Source: Takakia lepidozioides (Eukaryota; Plantae; Bryophyta). From it: a stretch of DNA of 64,000 nucleotides. The notes beneath the pieces are model-generated. The model did not search any database and was not told the DNA's origin. It saw nothing but the letters and a program-made list of their open reading frames with translations. The translations under genes were made by a program, and so were the position numbers. Numbering within the stretch: position 1 is the first letter of the stretch; every line of letters starts with the position of its first letter. Below, one piece after another: positions 38,791 through 49,793 of this stretch. The DNA lies in the NCBI GenBank assembly GCA_030704615.1, contig CM060732.1:34782001-34846000 (forward strand), in the 5' to 3' direction.

Positions 38791-41504
38791 TACACTTCCC
38801 TTGACGGTCTCTCTGCCTACCGAGACGGTACAGGCAGCGAGTGGGGGCGAGCCGGTGAGGACCACGAGGTGTAGACATCCATGGCACATGTGGGAGGTGC
38901 TCGAGGTTCAGAGAGGAGTTGGCAGCGAAGCAGCTGTGATGGATGAGGTTGGGGATTCTTCTCGGGATGAGGAGGTTCTCAATGATGAGATGATGGGGCA
39001 GGATGAGGCCTTGTCATTGACTGAGCAGGAAGGGGGTACTGCTCAAGAGGTTGCAGCATAGCAACCACGGGACGCGTCCTCACCTCTAAGCCCACTGGAC
39101 TTAAGGTTGCAGTTACGGAGGACAATTGGGAGCCTGACATTGGACCCATTGTCACCGGAGGAGAGAGAGACGACATATAGGGCGGTTCCTGAGGGCTTAC
39201 AGGAATTGCTTTGCCTTCAGTTTGAAGGACTTGGGAGCACTGAAGGGTCAAGAGATCCGTATTGAGTTGGCCACTGACACGCCAATCTTTCGGAGACCCT
39301 ATAGATACAGTGACATGGAGAGGTCTTTGATTCAGATGAGGACTCAAGATCTCTGGGAGGTAGGTTTGGTGGAGCTCTCTGGTGGAGTGTATGCTTCAGC
39401 CACAGTGATGCCAGCTAAGAAGGATGTCTATGGCAATTGGACGGAGAGACGTATGTGCGGTGATTACCGGCCTGTAAATCGTCAGACCAAGTCCGATAGG
39501 TATGCCATGCCAACACCAGAGGAGATCTTTGATGCCATTGGGCATTCCAAGGTCTTTAGCACGTTGGATTTACGATCCGGATATCACCAGTTGCCGATCA
39601 AGGAGGCGGATAAGCAAAAGACGGCATTCTGGGGGATCAATGAGCACGGGAAGGATTGCCTATACCAGTGGCGGTTCTTACCATTTGGGCTTAAAAACGC
39701 CCGCTGAGTTTCAAAGAGTCATGGACAGGATTCTAGCAGGGGTGGAGTTTGCTCGGTGCTACATAGATGACATCATCATCTTTAGTGCTACGGTGGAGGA
39801 GCATGAGAGACACCTTCAGGGGGTATTTGAGCGCTTGAGGACGCACGGATTGAAGTTACATCCGGGCAAGTGCAAGTTTTTCCACAACCAGATTGAGTAT
39901 CTGGGTCACATGATATATCCTGGAGGATTGGGGGTACAGCAGACAGGTAAGGTAGAGTCCATTGCACAGGTTCCACGCCCCACGGATGTGAGCCGAGTTC
40001 GAGCTTTCATGGGGTTAGCAAACTATTACAGACGGTTTGTTAAGGGATTTAGTGCCATTGCAAAGGCTCTAACCAAGCTGACCAAGGTGGACCAGGAGTG
40101 GCAGTGGGAAGATGAGCAAGAACAAGCTTTTCAAGAGCTCAAGGCGAGGTTGACCTCGGCGCCCATCTTGAGACGACCTATCAGGGGGCGTCCTTTTCAG
40201 CTGCATACAGATTGGAGCATGTTGGGGCTTGGAGCGGTGCTCACACAGGTGGATGATGAGGGAAGAGAGTTCGTAGTGGCTTATGCTAGCCGCTCGAACA
40301 ATGCTGCAGAGTCTAAGTATAGCTCATATGAGGGAGAATGCTTAGCTGCAGTGTGGGCCGTGGCACACTTCAGGTGCTATTTATACGGCAATCTCTTCAC
40401 CCTTGTCACGGATCACCAACCACTCAAGTGGTTGATGGAGTCAGACAAGCTTACGGGGAAGCTTGCACGGTGGGCACTCATCCTTCAAGAGTATGACTTT
40501 CAGGTGGTGCATCGACCGGGTTTGGTCAATTGAAATGCAGGGTTGAGTCGTAATCCATGCACGAGCCAGCAGGATGACACTGGAGCTCGGTGGCATGGTG
40601 AGACGGACGAGGAGATGGTGCCCGGATGGCATGCATCTGCATTTCTGTGTATCTTGGCAGCGGAAGGCCAGGTTGGACCTACAATAGGGATGACTGTAGA
40701 TCAAGTGTCTGAGGACCCTGAGGCCAGCAATGAGCAGGGTGGCGCCAAAGATATACATGAGGTTAGTTGTGTTGGACTACCTCCGCAGTGGAGACACGGC
40801 AGCCACTGTGACTGCCAAGGAGAGGGATCGGATCCTACAACGAGCCAGGAGGTTCAAGTGGGAGGGGACACACCTGCTCCGAGTGTGGGAGGATGGTCGA
40901 GTGAGGATTGTGCCTCACCCAACACAGCGGGCACGGTTAGTGCGGCATGCCCACGAGGAGTTGGGGCATTTTGGGGTGCGACGCACCATAGCCTACTGCA
41001 GGGGCAGTATTGGTGGCGTGGTATGCACACAGAGGTCCAACAATTTGTGGCTAGGTGCATGGTGTGTGACAGGGTGCGTGCTTCATTCAACGCCCCTACT
41101 CCACAATTGCACCCTCTTCCGATCATGGGATTGGGCTACAGGTGGAGTCTTGACTTCGCAGGGCCGTTGCCACTGACCATGCGCCACAACAAGTACGTGT
41201 TGGTGATGGTGGAGCACTTCTCCAAGTGGATTGAATTGGTTCCATTGCCTGATAAGGCTAGTGAGGGAGCTGCGTATGCATTCTTGGATTGTGTGCTTAG
41301 CCGATTCGGTGCTCCGGCTGAGGTACTCACGGACCAAGGGAGAGAGTTCTTGGGGGAGTTTCAGGCTTTGTGTGACAAGGCCTTGATAGACCACCGCACC
41401 ACTTCTCAGGATCATCCTGAGGCCGATGGCTTGGCAGAGAGAGTTGTCCAGACAGTAAAGAGGGGTTTGCGCAAGTATGGCTTGCAGAAGGGACACCTAG
41501 GAGA

Positions 41505-42620
41505 TTGGGACCTTCAGTTACCCTGGTTAGCCATGGGCTACAGGTTCAGGTATGGGGCGATGCTGCTTTTAACCTACCTAGGACTCCTGCTGCACGGGAG
41601 TACAGTCGGGCTATGATTATGCCCTTCAACCAAATTCCCATTGTGCTGGATTTGGCTTGGAAGGAATTTAGTCCTCCGCAGTCATTGGCACATTACTACC
41701 AGATCATGCGCATTTGGTTGCCGGTGGCAACTCGGACTAAGGTTCTTCCAAACAATCGACCCATTGAGGATCATCACTTTGCGAGGTACTGGTTTGAGGC
41801 AGGTACCATGCTGAAGGAATTAATTGCCTTCCAGGTTGTACATGGGTACATCTATACCAAGACCAAAGAGGTATCTAGTATTGTCATGGGCTGTGGATTA
41901 TACTATGTTGCTAGTTTTTGGGCACGTTATCACATTGAGCAGCAAAAGATGCAATCACGATTTCTGAGTTATTCCAGTGGGGATCATTGGGTCTTACCTT
42001 TAGTGCCACCTCATATGTACCTATACGATGCAAAAGTTATGATGCAGAAAGATTCCCAACTTCGTTCATGGTTTAATTCGGCTTGGAACAATTTGACAAC
42101 ACAGAAATTTGGCCCTGAGGATATTTTCTTTAAGGGACATGAAGCCTGGAAATACTTACACTGTTCCAAAGTCATTGGCACACCTCTCACCTATACGGAT
42201 AAGGAGTTCAGGGCGTTCACTAATTTTGCTTGCAAGCGCTTAAAGCAAGTTGTACAATTTAAACTTCCAGACATGGTGGGATCATATTGTATGCCACACA
42301 GGATTCCACTTAAAGTTCGGCCGTTAAAACACCTAAGGGGGGACGAGGATTCTGATACTACTGTTTCTTCAGAGGACTCTTTTGACATGACAGAGGACTA
42401 TGCACTTCAGATGGCAGAGAAGAAACGACGGGGAATTCCTATGCCTGAGAGGTTACCTCATTATCAGCCAAAGGAGGGTCAGACATTTCCAGGTAGTGCT
42501 CAATCATCTCCATCAGCCAGTGACAGGACTCGGGCTCGCACATGGAGTCCTTCACGAGACTCTCACCGTCAGAAGGGTGCTCGCTCACAAAGGTTGCTAA
42601 TCCCAAACAGTAAACCGTGA
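41505..42620 (+). CDS. Extra ORF of unknown function in the 3' region of the Gypsy-DNMT element
   Basis: Uninterrupted 371-codon ORF between the truncated integrase and the PPT. No motif recognised. Confidence 0.5.
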   Translation: MGPSVTLVSHGLQVQVWGDAAFNLPRTPAAREYSRAMIMPFNQIPIVLDLAWKEFSPPQSLAHYYQIMRIWLPVATRTKVLPNNRPIEDHHFARYWFEAGTMLKELIAFQVVHGYIYTKTKEVSSIVMGCGLYYVASFWARYHIEQQKMQSRFLSYSSGDHWVLPLVPPHMYLYDAKVMMQKDSQLRSWFNSAWNNLTTQKFGPEDIFFKGHEAWKYLHCSKVIGTPLTYTDKEFRAFTNFACKRLKQVVQFKLPDMVGSYCMPHRIPLKVRPLKHLRGDEDSDTTVSSEDSFDMTEDYALQMAEKKRRGIPMPERLPHYQPKEGQTFPGSAQSSPSASDRTRARTWSPSRDSHRQKGARSQRLLIPNSKP

Positions 42621-42634
42621 GGACACGGCTTTTT

Positions 42635-42651
42635 GAGAGGGGGAGGGGGAA
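42635..42651 (+). promoter_or_regulatory. Polypurine tract
   Basis: gagagggggagggggaa immediately precedes the LTR start TGTTAG at 42652. Confidence 0.9.
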
Positions 42652-43980
42652 TGTTAGAGGGCTGCTTGGGACTTAGACGCTTTTATGGGTTCTGTGGGGT
42701 ACCCTTAATTTTTGCGCAGACTGAGACCAACAGGAGCCTTAAGGGTGGTAGGAGCAGGCTTTAGGGGGGTTACGGCAGCCCGAAAGCTTCGCAAGCCAGT
42801 CACAGGTCACAGCAGTCACAGCTGACAAGCTTCACACAGCCCGACACAGCTTTACACAGCACTAGAAGAGAAACCGGCTTTTTCCATGCTCTGCCATCTC
42901 ACACCTGGCATATTCCACGCTTTTATCACAGGGTCTGTAGAGTGAGCAAGGTGTGTGGGTCAAAATATGCCCTAATGTGGGATGTCTCAACTGTGATCCA
43001 CACCCGAGCCAAGAACGATGTGAAAACAGCCATGAGCTTGGCGGGAGTTGGCTTAGTTTACATGGCATGTTACACACATGTGTGAAATGGGACCATAGAA
43101 TTTCCACATGTGGGTGTAGGGAGTTTGAGAAATGATGCCCTTGGAAAATGATCATGAGTTTCATGTTCATGTTTAGCCATCTGCACGATGGGCTACTAGC
43201 AAGCGAAGAATCACCCCCTGCTACACCCCATTTTCAATCTCTACATTAGAAGTCTATAATGCCCTTGGTGAAATGAGCATGGGGATCACATCAAAGGTGG
43301 CCCTGTTCCGTTGCAACCTATGACACAACTAGGACAAACAAGCATAGGCATGATTTACATTTTTTGCCACAAATCACTTGCATCATCTCGAAAAAATCTA
43401 TAGAATTTTAATAAGAGACCAAAAAGGAAACCCAGGTCTAGGTGGGTAGCATAGTGAGTTTCTATACAAGGTGATTTATTTTAAATTGTAAGTGGTTTCA
43501 ACAACTTCATTAGCAACTCCACAATTATATTTTAAATTCATGTAAATTGAAATATATAAATCAGTATTAGATAGAAATAGTTGTTTTAACTACTCATTTC
43601 ATGACTATGAACCTTACCCAGTAAATAAATTAACCAGGGCCCTTTGTACCTTGTTATATATATACGTTTTGCACCCTAACATATATATATATATATATAT
43701 ATAGCTAAAAATACCTTCACATAATTACATGGACCATATAATTATTTTATATAATATTAGGATGCAAAACATTCAAAAACTTCAAAAGTTGGCTCGAATT
43801 TAGGGCTGCTAGGTCACGATGTGCAGGGCTGGGACTTAGCGTTTTTTGGGGTCCGGTCTTTCTTAGTGCCAAGCATCGTGATAGCAGGAACTCGAGGCCA
43901 ATGTGGTGAGGGCACATTCTTCTTCGACCTATTTCAGCATGTTTTGCCCTCTCATCAGACTCGGCCTTGAATTTGCAGCA

Positions 43981-44725
43981 CTGAGCAGAGTTGGCATGAG
44001 TTTTACCCTTCACGATGGTGGGACAACAGCCATGAGTTTTCCAAGGATGCGAAGGGTGTGTTCGACGAAATGGCTGCCAAGATGTCGTGTCGTGGAATGC
44101 AATGATCGCAGTGTGGTACGAAGGCTTTGGAGACATATGAGGAAATTATGCCAGACAGGTTGAACCCTAATGCATGATGTGTTTCAATTTCTGCCCGCTC
44201 AACTGCACCGTGGTGGTTCTCATTGACCAATCCGATATTGCCAGACTACAGACCAAGCAGCAGACACAAGAGGTCCTCTTGGGTTCATGGTCAGTCAAAT
44301 CCTCCATGGGTCATGACACAAGGTCGAGGACAATGTGGTGAGGGCACTTTCTTCTTCGACCTATTTCAGCCTGTTTTGCCCTCTCATCAGACTCGGCCCT
44401 GAATTTGCAGCACGGAGCAGAGCTGGCATGAGTTTCTTCACGATGGTGGGACAATCGCAATCGCAAAGTGTGGCTTTTTCTTAATGTAGGATGTAAAGAA
44501 GTTTGTCCATCCTACAAATGTGGGCTTTTGGCTCCTGTTAGTACCATGATGTACCCAATGTCATTCTGAACACTGCCCTGGTGGATTGCATTTATGCCAA
44601 ATATGGGTGCATCAAGGATGCAAAGGAAGTGGTTCGACAGTATGCTGAACGAGATGTGGTGTCGTGGAGTGCGATGATTGCAAGATATGCACAGCAAGGG
44701 CGCGGATGGAGGCTTTGGAGACCGG
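43981..44725 (+). pseudogene. Captured OSB-like motif and PPR fragments
   Basis: WHEF..SRWWDN at ~43990 and ~44423, each followed by PPR pieces (DAKGVFDEM..VSWNAMI, and VILNTALVD..DVVSWSAMIA). 44180-44545 closely resembles parts of 23680-24175. Confidence 0.8.
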
Positions 44726-44924
44726 GAAGGGGTGATTCCCCATGGAAAAATAGATAGAGCTGTAATGATAGAGTGAGGCATTAAGCAAGCTTTGGATGGC
44801 ACAGACATGAGAGCATAGGTACTAAAAGGTAGTAGGAACTGGGAATATGTCTACATTACAGAGCGTAACTTTATAGGCAAGAGAAAATGGTCACAAGCTT
44901 GTAAGATGAGTGCTTCAATCTGTT

Positions 44925-45055
44925 CTTATACAAGGTTCTCCTCAGTTTTATGACAGTCTGTTCGCTGGCTTTCTGGTTGCAGGGAACCCTTGGGTGTTGA
45001 TTTCGTGCTCCACGTCAGCACAATGGCCAAGGTCGGCTTTGTTCATGATGGCCTT
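44925..45055 (-). pseudogene. Degenerate Gypsy RT N-terminal fragment
   Basis: The minus strand reads ADLGHCADVEHEINTQGFPATRKPANRLS, typical of the segment preceding Gypsy RT. Confidence 0.45.
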
Positions 45056-46976
45056 CCAGGGCTTTTGGTGGTGGAGAGGACCTGACCAAGGGCTATGTTG
45101 TGGCAGTACCACCAACTCAGTCATAGATTTTCAAGCCTATCTGCAGCTTGTGGATTCCAAGCCCATTATGCTCTACAATCCACTCCCAGAACCAAATTTG
45201 TCAAGGACAAATTCAAGCGTTGCTATCTCCAAGTTGTTATGGGCCAAGCCAACCTCGGCGACATTAGCCAGATCTTTGAACGGTATCACACTAACTCTCA
45301 GGAAAGAACGCCACAAATTTGGGCTTACATTTTCATTGATCAACCCTCTCAAACACCTTTTGGTGGCCATAATGTGATCATCTCAAAGACAACATGTGAA
45401 CACAAGGGTTGCAAGCGGCTTGAATCCCTGACGAATGTTGCCAAATTGTTGGAAAAGGCTGGGTGTCATCAGGAGGCAGTCTTAAAATTGCTTCAGGCTC
45501 TGTGGTTGATGATGCTATGAGGCAATGGCAACACGGAATGGCATCTCAGGCCTTCTAATGAGGCCCTTGGGGTGCTGCAGGAAACTCAATCCCTGATACA
45601 AAGAGAAGGGATCAGCATTGATGTTGTATTATTGCATGAACTCCAACTTCTGCAATCAGTGAGATCTGGCACATTCCATGTAGACAAGGAGAACTGGGAA
45701 AAGGCAAAGACACCAAAACCATTCAGGCTTAGGCTGATCTCATGCCATCAGGCTGCCCCATATGCTAGCCAGATTTCTAGACCGGTGGAGGCACAACGCA
45801 ACGCACAAGCTCTCACTTATCAGGGTTTCAAATTAACTAAGCTGTGTCATGGTCTCTTTGAGGAGGTTGTTTCTCCCTGCGCCACTGCATGTATTGGGCG
45901 TATGAAGATGTGTGCAGGTTAGGGCAATTTTGTTGCTCTGTCAAATTTCACCACGCGTTGGCTGGTAGTTTTTCCCTCAACTCCGAGTTTGACAAACTAA
46001 GCACCCCGGGTATGGAAGCATTGGCGAGTGGGCTGCCATTCTTTTCCCTGCCACTAAGGCTGATCGACTGGGGTTGAGTATATATGGTGGGTGGGCTTTG
46101 ATGTTGCTTGGGACTCTCAACTTCACAGATTCAGGCTGCCCAACCTCTGTACCTGGTCTCTTTCTTCGGATGGTGTCTGGTACTGTGACCTCTTTACTTC
46201 ACCTCCTGTTTATGATGTATACTCAATGGCACATGCCCCTGTTCTTGGATCAACAGTATACTTCTGATCATTTTACTCTCATGCACATGCCCGCTTTCCA
46301 AATGTACATGCCACACTCCCCCCTCTATTTGATAAAAATCCAAGGAAATCTGTACATGCTCTTTATGTTGTCTTGTTCTATGATTTCGTTATCTCACTTC
46401 CATCCTATGATATGTATTTAGATATACATGCCCCGGTTCTTGGATCAACACTCAGTATCTTATTTTTACATACTTATCTCAAGTCTACTTACCAAATGGC
46501 GCATGTTATCAATTGCTGTACCAGTAATTACTATAACCATGCTGACAACATTCTATGTCTCCAACCTATGCACCCTAAGGCACATGCGCCTGCCACACCA
46601 TACAGGAACTCGGACTTATGATTATGAGCACTAACAATATATGTACATTTCCACTATGCTTAAGACAACAGGTTGCTGCTCACCATCTCAAAACATCCAC
46701 AACAATGACAGACCAAGGACTCTCACATTATGAAAACACCAGAATGCAGGTCAGGTTACATATCTATACTCTCCCCACTTCGTCTCAAGTGATATCCAAC
46801 TACAAGCGACCATGGTGAAGCAGCTCATTGAATCTCCCAGGTACCATTCCCCCTCTATGAACTTGTGTTCTTTTCAATGCCATGTCATTTCACTCTGTTT
46901 TCCCCTCTTATTAGAATCACCCTAAATTTTCATGTTTCAAGAATTATGCAAGTTAGCTGGTTGAGTGAACCTTTGA

Positions 46977-47548
46977 TAGTTTGGAGTGACTTTGACATGA
47001 TGCTGCCAAAGTGACAACAGGAAAGTATCCAGAAATAGGTAACATAGAGGAGAAGCTGTGGAATGAATACTTTTCTGACCCCAGTCAATGGTGGGACAAC
47101 CGTCTTGGAAGGTAGATGCCTTTGGATTACAGAGTGGTAAATGTAATTGAGAATAGGAACTGGTGTGATAAGTTGAGTTGGGTGCTTGCTAGAACAAATC
47201 TAGGCTGCCATTGTCAGCTGCTAACATCAATGCAAGGATGTATGCATGATCTGTGCAGAGGCATGGATAGCTGAAGGAGCAGGGATAGAGTGTCATCCAA
47301 GAGGGCCGGATTTCAAGCTCCAGATTACTTTTGATTCCCTGTGGAAGGATAGCTACAAGAAACCTGCATGGGTAGATGGTACATAGTTTGGAGTGATTTT
47401 GACATGATACTGCCAAAGTGACAATAGGAAAGTATCCAGAAACATGTAACAGAGATGAGGAGAAGTTGTGGAATGAATGTTTTTCTGACCCCAGTCAAGG
47501 GTGGGACAACCGAGGGAAAAAGGTGAATGTCTATTAGATTACAGAGAG
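46977..47548 (+). repeat. Two copies of a ~160-bp segment encoding an OSB-like PDF-motif exon
   Basis: EEKLWNEYFSDPSQWWDNRLG|gt at ~47047-47111 and EEKLWNECFSDPSQGWDNRGKK|gt at ~47457-47522. Confidence 0.8.
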
Positions 47549-48889
47549 TAGGAGACGCAACTCAGCATAGACACTAAGGCAAACTCTCCTTCCCTGCAAA
47601 AGGTGTGTTTTGGTATCTGAGCGAATAAATATAGTTTTTAAAAACATAATTTCAATATTTTGTTATTTAATAATGTTCTCATCAAGGCCACTGTCCATTT
47701 TCCCTATAATAATAATAATAATAACAATAAATTAAATCCATTAATATTCAAACTTAATATTGGAAATCCATTAATAATTAATTAATGCGTACCACCACAC
47801 AAGAACGAACACGTGTTGCATAATGACTTGTCGAAGGTGTGAAATATGACACGTGTCGCATAGTGGCTTGTTCAAGGTGCGAAATCCGCCGTGAAACATG
47901 CCACACTGGCCTTTTTCACACTCTGCCATGTCAGCTATGCCATCGGCCATGTCAGCAGCCATGTCACCATGCACCCCGTGAAAAAAGCCTCCCGTGGAAA
48001 AAGCCTCCCGTGGACTTTTCCACAGGGCCACCCGAGAGCCAGACTGTCCACGGGGTGTCCGAAAGCACTAGTCGTTTCTTACACCCACGGCAGGTGTGGA
48101 CTGCGGCTGATTCCACAGCAAAAAATATGGAAAAAGCCGTGGAAAAAGCCGGTTTCTCTTCTAGTGCAGCCCGACACAGCTTCGCACAACTAGTCACAGC
48201 CCGACACAGCTTTACACAGTCAGTCACAGCTCGGCACAGCTTGACACAGCCTGTCTCAGTACATGGGGAACAATTATCATTGACAGGGAACGACTGTGAG
48301 GGAACGACATCTGCAAAGGGAACGTGTTACTTCAGGGGTGACGGTTAGTTAGTTAGGTGGTTAGAACAGCTTGCGGATAGATTAGGAGAGCGGCAACGGG
48401 AAGGGGATCACTGGGAAGAAGATGGCGACTTGTTCAGGAGAGGAAGAGACGTAACGGAGAGCGGGGAAACAGTGTAGAGGAGATGATGACTTGAATGAGG
48501 CTTAGTTCATGCAAGCTGTAGAATTATACAGTAGGATAGAATAGAGACACCATGGCATAGGCATGATACATGATTAATCTTAATCCGATACTGAATCGAT
48601 ACAAACATACTGTGAAGAGAGACACGAGAGAAGCTGTGGAATGAATGCATGATTAATTGGAACTTAGTAGATACTGAAGCAATTTGATGCTTCAGTATAC
48701 ACGGTAAGGTAAATTGATAACATGAAGGCAGGAAGGAATACAAATAGGAAGCATAACCATGATTCACTAGCTGCAGGTCATGACTGATTGTTCTGAGCAG
48801 GCTGAGTGCTTAGAGATATCCAACTCTTCTATCTTGGAGTTTCCATCTCGGATAGCGAAGGGATGGGTGAGTAAAAGCCGCTCAACATT

Positions 48890-48907
48890 TCCCCAGTATG
48901 GTCGCCA
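48890..48907 (-). promoter_or_regulatory. Primer-binding site (tRNA-Arg-like)
   Basis: TGGCGACCATACTGGGGA begins 2 nt after the LTR end and resembles the complement of plant tRNA-Arg 3' ends (..GUCGCCA). Confidence 0.7.
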
Positions 48908-48909
48908 AA

Positions 48910-49793
48910 TGTCGAGCGGCTTTTACTCACCCATCCCTTCGCTATCCGAGGTGGAAACTCCAAGATAGAAGAGTTGGATATCTCTAAGCACTCAGCCCGC
49001 TTAGAACAATCAGTCATGACGTGCAGCTCGTGAATCATGGTTGTGCTTCCTATTTGTATTCATTCCTACCTTCATGTTATCAATTTACCTTATCGTGTAT
49101 ACTGAAGCATCAGATTGCTTCAGTATCTACTAAATTCTAGTTAATCATGCATTCATTCCACAGCTTCTCTCGTGTCTCTCTTCACAGTATGTTTGTATCG
49201 ATTTAGTATCGGATTAAGATTAATCATGTATCATGCCTATGCCATGGTGTCTCTATTCTATCCTACTGTATAATTCTACAGCTTGCATGAACTAAGCCTC
49301 ATTCAAGTCATCATCTCCTCTACACTGTTTCCCCGCTCTCCGTTACGTCTCTTCCTCTCCTGAACAAGTCGCCCTCTTCTCCCCAGTGATCCCCTTCCCG
49401 TTGCCACTCTCCTAATCTACCCGCAAGCTGTTCTAACCACCTAACTAAATAACCGTCACCCCTGAAGTAACACGTTCCCTCTGCAGATGTCGTTCCTTTA
49501 CAGTCGTTCCCTGTCAATGATAACTATTCCCCATGTACTGAGACAGGTTGTGTCAAGCTGTGCCGAGCTGTGACTGGTTGTGTAAAGCTGTGTCGGGCTG
49601 TGTGAAGCTGTGTCGGGCTGTGACTGGCTGTGCGAAGCTGTGTCGGGCTGTGTGAAGATGTGTCGGGCTGTGTAACCCCCCTAAAGCCTGCTCTTGCCAC
49701 CCCTAAGGCTCCTGTTGGTCTCAGTCTGCGCAAAAATTAAGGGTACCCCACAGAACCCATAAAAGCGTCTAAGTCCCAAGCAGCCCTCTAACA
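48910..49793 (-). mobile_element. Second LTR (884 bp) of the Gypsy-DNMT family, inverted, with adjacent PBS
   Basis: Near-identical to the reverse complement of 42652-42859 plus 48170-48887. TG..CA ends; followed on the minus strand by TT-TGGCGACCATACTGGGGA. Confidence 0.93.

Larger units (their letters stand above)
42860..48166. mobile_element. Non-autonomous (Pack-type) CACTA element, 5.3 kb, both ends intact
   Basis: Perfect 27-bp TIR CACTAGAAGAGAAACCGGCTTTTTCCA at both ends and a 3-bp TSD CAG (42857-42859, 48167-48169). No transposase is recognisable inside; it contains PPR, OSB-like and Gypsy fragments. Confidence 0.95.
35645..48887 (+). mobile_element. Ty3/Gypsy LTR retrotransposon with DNMT domain (gag-PR-DNMT-RT-RH-INT-extra ORF-PPT-LTR), 5'-truncated; its LTR is interrupted by a CACTA
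   Basis: Two CCHC knuckles (CWTCGGPHVKRDC, CGHCGKYGHGDAQC), protease VLLDSGAQ, DNMT motifs, RT (RMCGDYR, LDLRSGYHQ, YIDDII), RNase H (HTDWS, VTDHQPL) and integrase (SLDFAGP, TDQGREF). PPT 42635-42651; LTR 42652-42859 plus 48170-48887. Confidence 0.93.

Noticed and set aside
48628-48647. 19-bp match (gagaagctgtggaatgaat) between the LTR and the OSB-like exon at ~47050
   Set aside because: The similarity does not extend on either side, so it is treated as chance.
48167-49640. miRNA precursor or foldback transposon
   Set aside because: The arms are explained as two LTRs with TG..CA ends, a PPT and a PBS.
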